From: Oikopleura dioica
Lineage: Eukaryota > Animalia > Chordata
Reading direction: 5' to 3'
DNA: 64,000 nt
NCBI GenBank assembly: GCA_907165135.1
Contig: OU015568.1
Coordinates: forward strand, 11,346,001 to 11,410,000
Part shown: positions 30,867-43,121 of the stretch, piece by piece
How positions within the stretch are numbered: position 1 is the stretch's first letter
Layout of the letters: every line of letters begins with the position of its first letter
Notes under the pieces: generated by a model
Told to the model about the DNA's origin: nothing
Database searches by the model: none
The model's input: the letters and a program-made list of their open reading frames with translations, nothing else
Made by a program: the position numbers and the translations under genes

Positions 30867-32431
30867 ATGGGGTTAGAAGGTGTAGGAATGGGCGATGGGT
30901 TCGGCCTCGGCCTGGGAGCGGCCGCAGTAGCCCTTATCGGAAGGCTCGGTAATCGAGGGTTGTCGATGATGAATACGTACATAACGAGGAATTATACGGC
31001 AAAGTTGGAGATCACCAACTCTGATATCGCATACGAGTGGATGCTGGGGCATCTTGCGTCGAGAAGAGATTTCACTGCGCATTATCAAATCGGAACTAGC
31101 TTTAAAAAGACGCAGGCTGGCGCTATAAAGGTTTTTGTGTGCATTTTGGATGATAAAAATAAAATATTTGATTAGAAACTTGATTTCAATCTTCAACCCA
31201 CTGCTGGAACGCATTATCTTTGGGAGAAAAAGCCTGGCGAGTGGATTCCTAGGCCAATTAAAGTCGAAAGAACACGGTCACAGCCTACAGCATCTAATGT
31301 GCCTTTTGAAACAATAATTTTGGAGACGTTTTGCTCGAATAAAACTGAAGGAAGAGAGCGAATGCTTGAAATCTTAGAAACAGCAAGGAAATGATAGTCA
31401 ACTTTCATATCTACAGACTCAAGTGTTCTTGTGATGACAATTGAACTAATTTGCATCATTTCAAAGGGCAGAGGCTTTTGCAAAGATGGATACATCGATG
31501 ACTACGCAAATTTATGGCACTAATGGACAAGAATGGTCTCTTCTCTCGACTCAATCGAAGAGGCCTCTTAGCTCGATTATTCTCGATCCCATGGAATGCG
31601 AGGTAGTAAAAATTCTTTTTACAAACGAATATATATTACTTTCAGAGGATATTGAAAGATCTGAAGAGTTTTGTTGGTAATAAAGCCTGGTACGATGGAA
31701 TGGGCATTCCCTACCGTAGAGGATATCTTTTCTATGGAACACCAGGCTCTGGAAAAACAGCTCTGATTACAGCACTCGCCGGCGAGCTGAAGTACTCGAT
31801 CGCTCTGATAAACATGGCCGATCACATGATGGACGACTCTAGATTTTTGCATTTATTGAACAAAGCACCTCCAGACACGATTATTGTTCTGGAAGATATC
31901 GACTGCGCCTTTCAAGATCGAGCGAAGCTAATTGAGGGCGATAAAAGATTTGCTGGAATGTCTGGTGGTGTTACGCATTCTGGCTTGTTAAATGCTATCG
32001 ATGGAGTGACGAATTCCGATGGAAGGATTCTAGTGATGACAACAAATTATATTGAACGACTGGATAGTGCTCTGATACGTCCAGGTCGAGTGGATTTCGC
32101 GAGAGAGTTCAAAAACGCATCTGATGCGCAGATCTGCGGAATGTTCTTGAGGTTTTTCCCCGACTCACCGGATACTCACGCTTGGGTAAGACCTCTCTGC
32201 TAGGGATTCTTTCATTTATCCTTTAAGAATTTCTTGACTGGCGTGCGAAGTCATAACGCAGATATCTCGATGGCAAGGCTACAAGCTTACATGATGAGCC
32301 ACCGGGACCCGGTCAAAGCGATGGAAAATACTGCCAAACTTGCGTCAAACACCTCTAGTACCGCCTTCGACGGCTCTGACCCAGTTGCTCCTCCTGAACT
32401 TGAACTGAGTCACTTTCTCGGGAAAAGCTAG
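30867..32431 (+). CDS. BCS1L: Mitochondrial AAA chaperone BCS1
   Basis: GFGLGLGA, LEITNSDIAYEW, GIPYRRGYLFYGTPGSGKT, LEDID, SGLLNAIDG, MTTN, RPGRVD; needs a GA-AG intron at 31388-31466. Confidence 0.93.
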
Positions 32432-32503
32432 ACTACTGTTTTAAAATTAAACTAATTTATTTGTACAGAAAAATAACGATGATAACGTCTTTTTCATGTT
32501 AGA

Positions 32504-33053
32504 ATGCCACCGAAACGTAGAATTAATGCAAAGGGCCCGGCGAAACCAATGCCCAAAGTCGAGCTGAGTCCAGAGGACGAGATGAACCTGAAGAATGAGC
32601 TTGATTGGACGATTACGCAGCTTCAGTTGAATTTGCAGAAATGCAAAAAAGCAGCGGACGCAGAAAGGATTTCAAAGCTCATTAATATGCTAGGTCAGTT
32701 CGATCAGATAATGCATATCTTGACTGTTAGTAGGAAGCACGAAAACACCGGTTCCAAAAAAGAGAGTAATAATGAAGCAAGAATTCCCCGACTACAAAAA
32801 TCTCATGAAGAAAGATCTCGCCAAGTGGGAAAAAGAAACTGCCAAGTATGAAACCGAAGCCGACTTTAGTATCAACATCAGCGCCGCCAAAGGCAGTCAA
32901 GTCATTCGAAAGTCCCGTCGGAGCGCAGAGCCTTCCTCGACGCTTCCTGACATCAAAAACTTGAGCGTAAACGAAGCTGGCGATGGCAAGAAAGAACAAG
33001 ACTTTACCTGGAAGACCAGTGACAATTCTTTTTCCTTCAATTTCAGCGTATAA
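32504..33053 (+). CDS. UPF0488/C8orf33-like (DUF4615) protein
   Basis: ELDWTITQLQL ... TPVPKKRVIMKQEFPDYKNLM resembles the C8orf33 ELxWC..QL / PLPxKRQxM..FGDYR pattern; one GT-AG intron. Confidence 0.75.
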
Positions 33054-33089
33054 CCGATATTAGTAAAAGCAGTTTGTTTTTAAGAAAAA

Positions 33090-34520
33090 ATGGTGGACGA
33101 ATTCGAAGCGAACTCGACTTTGAGGGATGATTCGTCAAGGAGTAATCAGCGCGCTGGTTTCGCAAGAGGAACTCTTCGTGATCCTTTTGATACAGGAAGC
33201 GCGTTGTATTCAAGTTTTCGGCGGGCACAAGTAGACTAGTCTCAATCTAGCGAAAATCACGAAGGATATGTTTAGGGACGAATTCGAGAGAGTGGTCGAT
33301 ACGCACGCGAGCGGGCTCGCCGTGTAAACCGGTCATTTCGATATACTGTCAGCCGCCCTATCGTCCCAGCCGAGCTCTACAGACCAACAGATGCTCAGGG
33401 AAGAGAGTTTATCTCGGAATACGAATATCTAGCTAGACGAGATCAATGTAAGCAAACTTCTTTTCGGCGATCTTTCATTCTAATTTAGTGGAACCACCAG
33501 AGCCAGAAGTAAGCGAAAATCAGTACGCGACGTATCTACGCACAAATGTCAAATATGGCCGTGCGAATGATCGTCTACTACGCGTCATCATGCCCACGAG
33601 AAAAGAAAGGATGAAGTTTTTGCAGGCTTACGGAGGTGTTTTGTCGTGTAGGCCTCCTCCGCTGTTCATGATCACTTTCGCAACGATGCAAATTGCTATG
33701 TTCGTATTTTACGTTATTAGAAGAAACACGCTTGACAATGGCGAAACAATCGGCGTTGATACGCACGATTCTATGTGGATTTATGATCCGCAAAAGGTAA
33801 GAAAAAGATATTTGTTGAATTCCGACATCTTTGATCAGAGGAATGAAGCTTGGCGCTGGATTACTTACTCCGTCCTGCACTACGACTCCGAGCATTTACT
33901 CGGAAATGTTCTTCTTCAAGTCCTTGTTGGATTCCTCCTTGAGCTTTACTTCAAGTGGCGCATATGCGTGATATTCTTTCTTGGAATTTTATCTGGTACT
34001 CGCTCTTTTCTTAACAAGTGTAATGATTTATTTAAGGGTCACTTGCTTCAAGTTGTGTTGATCCTCATATAAAACTGCTTGGCTCCTCTGGCGGTTCTTA
34101 TGCAATCATCGGTGCATATCTGGCTCTAATGATTCGTCGTTTCAGAGAACTACCCCGGTAATTTGGCATCAATGTGAATCTATCCTTATCATTTTTAGTC
34201 CAATGCGGCTTCTGAACGGCGCTATCGCTACAACTTTACTACTGTATGTTTTGATCGATTTTGGGCTGGCATACTCCCGTCGATATAACGGTGACTCTGG
34301 TGGAACAAAAATCTCGCACATTGCTCACGTAGCTGGCATGTTCACTGGCTGGACAGTCGGCTACGCTATTCTTCACAATTTCAAAGCCAAACTCACTACC
34401 GCTGATATAGCTCCTTACCTCGGACTGGTTATGTTCATCCTCATTTATGTTACTGCTGTCATAATTGCTATACTATTCAATATCTTCCTTTCTCCTGCCG
34501 GGAACGTCCGTGGCAGTTAA
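33090..34520 (+). CDS. Rhomboid intramembrane serine protease (RHBDL type)
   Basis: PPPLFM, EAWRWITYSVLH, HLLGN, catalytic GSSGG and SHIAHVAG motifs; ATG 33090 joins in frame via GT-AG introns. Confidence 0.9.
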
Positions 34521-35334
34521 TTTTGACTCTTTTTAACTCAATCACTAACAACAGTAGTTACAATCACAAGTTTCAAGCTTCGTTCAATCATTGAATCTCC
34601 TGCCGAATCGCTCAAAATTATTCTCTACTAACACAAGGATGCCTTTCTTTACTGTTGCCTTTTTATAATCCGAATGTTTCTTACCCATTGTGGCATTTAT
34701 ACCTGTACACTTTCCATTCCAAAAAATCTTCTTTCAAAACCTACTCTGACATATGAAACAAGATGTCCTTAAATGAGATTACTGAAATAAATTAGTCTTC
34801 ACATTTTAAAACCAAGAAAACTCGGTCTCTAAACAGATCTGGTTGTCTTTTTATTGAAACAAAATGCAGGCATATTTTCTCCATTGATTAAAAAATGAAG
34901 CAAGCGTTAACATTTGCAGGCTAATTTATTGAATCTTGCAACTCAGTTTCAGGCCTCTGAATACAGGATTCGCATGTGGCCTTCATAAAACCGGCGTTGA
35001 GATCTATCTCGCGTCTCTCATGACTAAGATCGAAATAAAGCGGGTACACCCAGAAGGGTTGAATGTGAAAGTAGAAAAATTAACGCGAAGCAAAAAATTA
35101 CCTGTGCACTTGACATTTATGGTGAAAATCCTGCTCACTTTTGGTCAGTCAAAAGAGAGCGTCGAGGCGTGAATCCACCCAGGAAGATTGCGTGCCCAAA
35201 CGCCGCCCGTATCCTTGTTGAGAGGGAAAATAAAACGATAAGTTGAGAAAGGGGTTAAGTTTTTTCGGAGCCAGAAGTTCGGACAGAAAACAATCAGAGA
35301 GTGTTTGATGGAAGAATGAAAACGGTGAAGGACA

Positions 35335-37569
35335 ATGCCCTGGCGATACATTGATCCGATCTATGAGAAACTATCGAGGTAACAGATTTATGAAAAACTG
35401 ATGTTTTATATTCCGTCAAGGCATTCGACTATCTATGGGAAGTATTGGCATATATTCGTCACTGTTTTTCGTATAAGGAAGGGGTTCGTTCTAATTTTAC
35501 CAACTTTGAAACTGATGGAAACAATATGCGAACTCTTGATTTAAGCGTTTTGCCATTTGCTGATAGTTGCTGGAGTGACGAGCAAAAGGAATTCAAATGC
35601 AACACACAAGAAGTTGGTTGTCCGAATGTCTGCTTCAATGCCTTTGCACCCATAAACCAAGTTCGTCTCTGGTCTATGCAAGTCCTGGCCATCACAGGTA
35701 AGTTTTCAATTGTACTCTCTGCGGTTTCAACAGGTTCAACAATCGTTTAAAATATATTGGGTTTTACCACTGACTTTAACACATTTTACGAGGACCTGGC
35801 CCAGAGCCGTTATCGCTACAAGGATTACATACGTAATTTTTACAAGCACAAAGCCAAAGAAAACGTACACAGTGACTTCTATCACTTAATTAATTAATTC
35901 GGCAGTAAAATGACCGTAGATTTCAGCGCCGCTCTGTTTGTACATTGTCTACGTTTGTCATTTGGCCGAAAACAGACGCGAAAAGGAGAAGAGAGAAAAT
36001 GAAGAGGGTACCAATAATTTGCAGAACCAAAGCTCTGCTGCTATCAGACGACGAAAAATTGCTGACCAAAAACTTAACCATGGTTGTGCAGCACACGAAA
36101 AGCTCAATATGCAAATTATCATGCCTGATTATCTGAACGCAGTAAGGAACTGGGTTTGAAGACAACAATGATTTTCAATTGAAAACAACAAGGAATATCA
36201 TTAAACCCGTTGAAAGAGAGGATTCTACAAAAGAAAAGCGACTTTGGCGACTTTACATTCTTATGGTGATATCGAGGACTCTTATTGATGCAGTCTTCAT
36301 TTACTTCCAGTGGACGATTTATCCGTACAAAGAATATATTCCCGATGTATATAAATGTAACAGAGCACCTTGCCCATATACTGTTGAGTGCTGGCCTTCA
36401 AGTTTCGTGATAGAGAGATCTACTATCCTTTTTTGCTTGAGAAAAATTATCTATCACATTGACAGAGTCAAAGAAAAAACAATATTCTTTCATTATATGT
36501 ACATAACAGCTGCAATCACAGCCTTACTTAATCTTGCCGAGTTGATTTACATTGGTGTACGTCGCCTCCGTGTCGCCTTTTGTGGAGCTTATGGTGGTGT
36601 CGATCCGATGTTCGAGGATCCAAGCGAAGTTGAGAGCGTCTTTTCTCAGCAAACTGGGAGGTCATCCAAAGGTGAGATCTTCGACCGGCCCGTCGGCAAG
36701 TGTTGACATTTTGTATTAGGCACATACCTTTGAAAGAGTGAGTTAAAATTTATTGTATTCATGTTTAATCCCTGAATCATCTGCTCTCGAGCACATCAGC
36801 TGTTATGTTGTCACTCAGTGTCAAAGCTCACAAAATCACGTCTCTGATGAAAGCATCACGCATCAAAGTCAAACTATATCTTTTAGCTTCATCTAATCAT
36901 GTCCGCTTAAAAACCCCAACTGAAGGCCAGCGATCGCCCACGAACTCGACACCGTCACCTGTTCTCAAAATGCAGCCTGGAAATTACTATCATTACAGTG
37001 ATGGATACTACGAGCGCAGGCCCACACTGCTTTACAAGGTACAAATCTTAAGCAAGTTTTAAATTTGAATCATTCATCACAGAATTCATATTTAGTTACA
37101 AGATAAACAGGTTAAGTACAGTCGTAATTCGTTTATCCTTGAGATAAACTCGTTCATATTTCTGCGCATAGTATCGATAATTAATCTACTATGCTTTCAT
37201 CAGAATAATTAATTCTGATTATGTTCTCGCTAAGCATTGCGATCAGTCCTTAGCCCCAGTCCAAACACAAGTCGAGACTGGAATCGTACCGAAATAACAT
37301 CAGTTTTTGTGCGTCAGTAAAATTTTTAGAAACGAGAGGACAGAGAACCTAATGATCCGGGTCTTACTGCTCGGAACCTGACGGTCGACGATGGACCTGA
37401 TCGATTCAGAAGAGGGAGCATTTACGAGACCTATTTGGACTCGAAGAACAACAAGAACAACAACTGCATGTTGCAAAGTTGCGAAGTCATGATCATTCCT
37501 CCTTCCGATGATAGCCTTTCGTTAATTTCAACGTACGAGTTGAACTCAAAGCAATCAACAAAGTTTTAG
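35335..37569 (+). CDS. Connexin (gap junction protein)
   Basis: HSTIYGKYW..FRI, WSDEQKEFKCNTQEVGCPNVCF, YKCNRAPCPYTVECW, EKTIF motifs. Long C-tail exons 36887-37038 and 37330-37569 join in phase; several junctions are atypical (see findings). Confidence 0.88.
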
Positions 37570-37689
37570 AAATCGAACTTATATGAAGATCTAGGAAAAT
37601 CACGAATGAAGGCGCTTAAAATCATCCTATTGAGTTCAACAATAAAGTAAATTCATAAGAAGCGATTCTGTTTATTTACAAAGAAATTT

Positions 37690-40600
37690 CTATTCGAAGC
37701 TCATAACTTTGATAAAGCATGCTTGACCATCATCAATATCATAGACAAGGACGTTGTCATCCTTGTTTTCAATGAAAAATGTGCGATCTTGGTAGGGAAC
37801 GGGCTTTGGTATCGTCAGTTGGTCAATTATCTCTAGTTTTCTTCCATCTTCCTCTATTTTGCCCAAGTATCCATGTCCTTTTGTCGTGCCAACCAGGAAG
37901 AACCTCGAGTTGTTCTGCTCAAATACATAAAGGATATTCACAGAACCTGTAATTTTCAGAGATACAAGAACTTCGCCGTCAATTGTCATGGACAGTAAGG
38001 AGTTTTGTGATCCAATAAGCAGATTTTTCGACTTTGGAATCGCCTCAACCACTCTTAGTTCCCCATATTCGAATTTTCTCGCAAAAACAGCTTGATTTTC
38101 TGGGTCAATAGTAAAGAAAACGTCATTTTTCGTTGATTTCTCAGTCGCAATGCACCAGAAAACACCATCGTTTTTGAAGAGACCACTGTATTTGATACAG
38201 AACGGATTCGCGAGTAGTGAGGTTTTGTCTTGAATGATTGTCACAGATTTCGCTTTCCAAATATTATCGTTCCTACTGACGATCAAAAACCCATCATCTT
38301 TTGGAATCGCTAGCCAGAGATTTTCGTCATCTTCAATGAAATTGACAGTCTGGCAGACAGACGTAAAATTGACATGATTGCTAAAAAGTGGGAAACCAAG
38401 GGAATCTGGCAGAGGTTCATTCTCTTCTGGTAGCTGCCAGAAATCAACATTGTCATTCGTAACTGTAGCTAGAACTCTATTTTTCTCTGCAAACGCAAAT
38501 GACTTGAGCGTTTGCTGGCCAGATCTGGATGATTTGAGTCGAGCGATGATCTTTAACTCTTTTTCGTCGTATATGCTCAAATCTCCATCGCCTTTGACAA
38601 GGGAGACTATCATCGTTTTGTTACTGAATATCGCCTTGTCCATTTGCAAAAACGACCGGGTTGTTATCGTTTTAGAGATTTGTCTAAGATGGCTTTTCTT
38701 CCCTATTCTTACACGATTCTGTGATATGACCAGGGCCAGAAAGTCAGTCGTCTCCGCTATTGCTGAGGGAACGAAGAATTTGTCTCGCTTTTGTTGGTAC
38801 TGGAACTTCTTGTATTCTCCAGATCGAAAGAAAGTCGAAATAGAAATCTTCAAATCTTCCCTAGTCACGAGAAATTCTCCGGAGCAGCAGATTACCCCTC
38901 CATGTAACGAATGTGCCTTCTTTTTTATTAGAGAATTTTTGTATACGGCATCTGGATCGTAGTCGATATCAAATAAAATTGTTCGATGAGTACTTGTCAC
39001 AAGGATCTTCCCTGTTGCTTCATTGACATCGCATGATATGCCAATTTCATCTTTGAGTCTATTTTCTGCGAAGCCAATCTTTTCACCAGTCGAAACTAGG
39101 TAGACCTTGTTAAGGGGGTTCATCAAACTATATTTCTTTGTTCTATGAAATATCTTTGTCCACCCAAGCCTGACATAACTGATCCTCTCCACCTATGAAA
39201 ACATAATCTTCTGTTGCTTTCAGAAAATTCCACCTTCTTTGATCATCTGTGACCTTGGCTTTGATGTCGAGCTCAACTGGAACTCTTTTGTCGAGTCCGA
39301 AAGTCTCACCGTCAAAGGAAAAGCTTTCAAAAAGCACCAAGTGAGTATTTGTGAGGAACACTATGTATTGGTTTCTTATTGAATTAATCTATTATTTTAT
39401 CGAAAAAATATGAAACCTTCCTATGATTCCTTCTCCGCAAACGTCGAGAAGGCCATTTTCACATTCACTCAAGCCAATCTTCGATTTTCCAACTTTTTTG
39501 AAGTTTGATTTGTTCAGGATTCGTATCTCATCTGGTGTAGCAATGACGAAGTGGCTCTTGTCGAAATCGTAAGCAGCAAGAATAGTCTCTTGATATTCTT
39601 TATTCAGTTTCATCTTTCCATCCTTAACAAAAAATAACACCTTATCTGACGGTCATAAGACTCACTTCATTCCACAAGGTTAACATCGATGACTTTGAAC
39701 ATGTCTGTCTGTCTTCGTAAATAAAAACTGTCAAGAACAGTTGAGCATCTACTCCATAAACTTTAAGACTCTCTGTCATAACATTTGGTCTTATTCTGTC
39801 AAGACAAAGATCAGTCCCTTGAATTTTTTGCTTAGGGGTGTAATTCGTCAAGAGAATATTCGGATAGTCCTTTGAAGATTTGCATCGAAATGGATTTTTG
39901 AACTCCACCATGGATTCTTGACCAAGGAATAATCGAATTACTTCTTGCCGTTGCTCTTCTTTGTCTTTGATGGACTCAATGTAGAACGCTTTAGGCCTCA
40001 GGAAATCGTAAATCTTTTGCAGGCGAAATCTGCAGTCACGAGTGTCCCCTTTCGTCGAGTCCAAGTAGTTCTCAAGATCGATGAGATACTCTTGAAGCTG
40101 ATCAAAGTAAATTCTTTCAAGAATGCGCGTCTTGTTTGCCAGAAGGTTTTCCAGAGCTGTCAAGTGCTTGCGCCCTTCGCTCGAAGTGCTTACACAGGAG
40201 ACTTTCCACAGTAAATGAGGCTCTTCTGATAAAGTTATCCATTTGCTTTCTGGTGCGGTTATCAGACGATCCTATTGTTGAGTAATCTCCGAGTTTGTAT
40301 TCAAAACTTTACCTTGTATTTATTTTTCAATTCGCCATTCAAGTATCGTAACGCGAGCTCATAAAGCTCAACAGAACGAAATTGTTTGAAGTACTGATGA
40401 AATTGGCGGTGGAAGTATCTGATCACTTGTTTGCCATTCACATGGGGTTTGCATATGTACTGTTGGATTTCCATCAACAGTCGCTTCATGACTAGCTCTG
40501 GAAGTCTTCTAAGAGGTGGCTGATGATACTGAAAAATGTCATCTAAAACTTTGTCGTCCCCTGAGAGCATTTCGATCAGATCAGCTTCGCTAAAGCCGTT

Positions 40601-42731
40601 ACGGCTGGCAGATAATAATCCAAGAACATGGCTGACAAGGAATTTTCCATGCACATTGAATAATCGTTCAGTTATGACATTGAGTGCTCCTTCCGTAGTG
40701 GGAACCACTTCCGGCACCTTTTCAAACGAACTGATCGTCTTTGCGATTGAGAGGAAGAGTTTGTTCCGGAAAACCGTTTGTTTCTCCAACTCTTCATTCA
40801 GAAGCAAGCTCTAAATCTGTTCTCACTTTCTGAATAAATTCTCACACCCCTTATCGAGCGTTTTTACCGTTATATAGAAGATACTGGAAGTAAAACTTCC
40901 GATTCTTTTAGAACTGATTAGCGGAAATTCAATAGAGGGGAATTACCTTGAGATATTTTTCTTGGTCTTCCTGTAATTGTCGATTTTCAGCCCTAAATAT
41001 ATTTGATGCCATAAGCAATAGACATTTACTTACGTTAAATAAGACTTGACCATTTGGTGAATTTCATTTTCAGCCAGCGGTTGAATTTCAAAAATTTTAC
41101 TCCTTCGAAACCGCTGAGTGAGCTCGTCATAAGTTTCTTGAAAGGTGGAATCACCCGAAATGATCGAAATCAAAAGAACGATATTGTCGGGGAAGTCAAC
41201 TGGCAGCCAGTCTAGACTTCGCCTACTTCCCGCATCGAGCTGGTCGATGGAGTCTAACACGATCACGACTTTTCGAGAGTCCAAATTTCTTGAGGCTACG
41301 GCAAGAGCGGTGTTGAAAAGATCGGTAAGATTCGCATCAGGTTTTCTTAAAATATTGAACATAGAAATCATTTGACTTTTACCTTAGGAGACTGAAACCA
41401 AGAATACCCCCAAGATGTTTAATCAATGACTTTTGAATATTGTCCCGCTGTGAAGCAATCTTCGAAGTTCCGCAAAAACGAAGTAACGGAAAATGACCGA
41501 TCTTCTGAAGCTCAACGCAGACTTTCGCAATGAATGTGCTCTTTCCAGAGCCGGAAGCTCCGGTAAAAACAAAGACGTTCTTTGATCGCTTGTTGATTTC
41601 CCAAAGAACTGTTTTTAACAAGTCACTGCGGCCGATGAAGTTTCTTTCCCTATCTAGGGCAAAACGCATTTGATGAACAAGCTCATCTTGAAAAACAGTC
41701 TGTTCAGAGCGCGATTCCTTCAATGATGCTAGAAGCGGCTCAATTATTCCTAGAATCCCATCAGAAACTGATTTTTTGTAGACTGACTCTTCCTTATCAT
41801 CTTGAACAAGCTCAATGTGATTTGCCGATAGAATTGTTTCTCTAACAGAATTTTTGAAGGCTTCTTGCGCCTCTAAATTGTCTGATTCTTCTTTGCCCTT
41901 TTCCGTAGACTTCGTTAGAAGAATCACGCGTTTAGGATCCAACTCCATCCCAAAACGGACTTCTTGCTCAGTAAGTGATTTCAGCTTATTTTTCATAAGA
42001 GCTGATTTCTCTAGAAAAAATCTAAGTTTCGGCTCTAGGTCAGTCCAATTTTTGAGTTCATCTGTTGATCGAAGACGGTGTACTTCTGGGCATCGATTCT
42101 TATCATGAATGTATGCGGTATGAAGGAGACTTCTTTCGTTTTCGGGGGTTTCGTCAACCAAGCTCAGAAACAAATCATGTTCGATTTCTGATGGAACAGG
42201 CACCCAACCGTATCTATCAAAAGCCAAATGCACGAGTACTGGGAGACTCATTGGAGAAGTTTCAAAGCATCGTCTGACTTCATCAAGGCAGATTTGAATA
42301 ACATTGTGATTTTTTGTGCTTGCATCACGAATACCCCAACTAAAATTGAGATTTTCGTAGAAGAATCAAATTTTCACAAACCGTAAGTCAATGAGATTGA
42401 ATTCAATATTCTGACCCTTGCAAATTTCCAATATTCTCGGTTGAACATGCTCCAAAATTGCATTTCTCTCAACTTGTGTATCAACAAAGGTTGAGGATAA
42501 AAATATTGAGTAGAAGGGTGGTCGAACGAGCGGCAAGACAGAAAAATCGCATTTGAAAATTCTCTCTTTTACCGTCAGATTCTCATCGAAGGTGTGCATT
42601 TTTTGATAAAAGCGTACTTTTGTCCTACCGAGCAGCACCCGTCCCTTGTTTTTTGACTCTTGCATGACCCTGTCAGCCAGCTCTGCCAGATCACTTTCAT
42701 CTTTAGAAGTTTGGCTTTGTTCATTGCCCAT
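37690..42731 (-). CDS. NWD-type STAND NTPase (DUF4062-like N-term, NACHT, WD40-like repeats)
   Basis: IFLSSTFVDTQVERN ... IDLRWGIRD, Walker A GASGSGKST, Walker B IVLDSIDQL, SRNGFSE, YHQPPLRRLP, long beta-rich C-terminus; short GT-AG introns. Confidence 0.85.
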
Positions 42732-43069
42732 TTTTGGGAAAACGTGACCAAGCTTTTCGCTCACAACTTTTATACCTTCCGAAATTTCTAGCTCAAAGAA
42801 AATATTTCCAATAGCGCCACATTTTTGGATCCTGGGTGTGGTTTATTTTCTGAAGTCGGACAATGGATCTTCCTGACTTTATCCAAGTTCTATTATTCTG
42901 AAGAGCAAACATTCGTGACTCGATAAATAATGAAAGATCGCTTTTTTATAAATGTTGTGAGAGTTTATTATTATGTTTATTATTGAAATCGAGGCAACAT
43001 TTTGATGATTAACGAAAGTCAGATGACCAGAACACCCGGCATGTTTACGATTCGGGCGTTGTTGCTTCT

Positions 43070-43076
43070 TATAAAA
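43070..43076 (+). promoter_or_regulatory. TATA box candidate
   Basis: TATAAAA 52 nt upstream of ATG 43122. Confidence 0.4.
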
Positions 43077-43121
43077 CCGCGATCAAAGTGCTTCATATCA
43101 AAGAGAATCTCTAGCAGCGAG

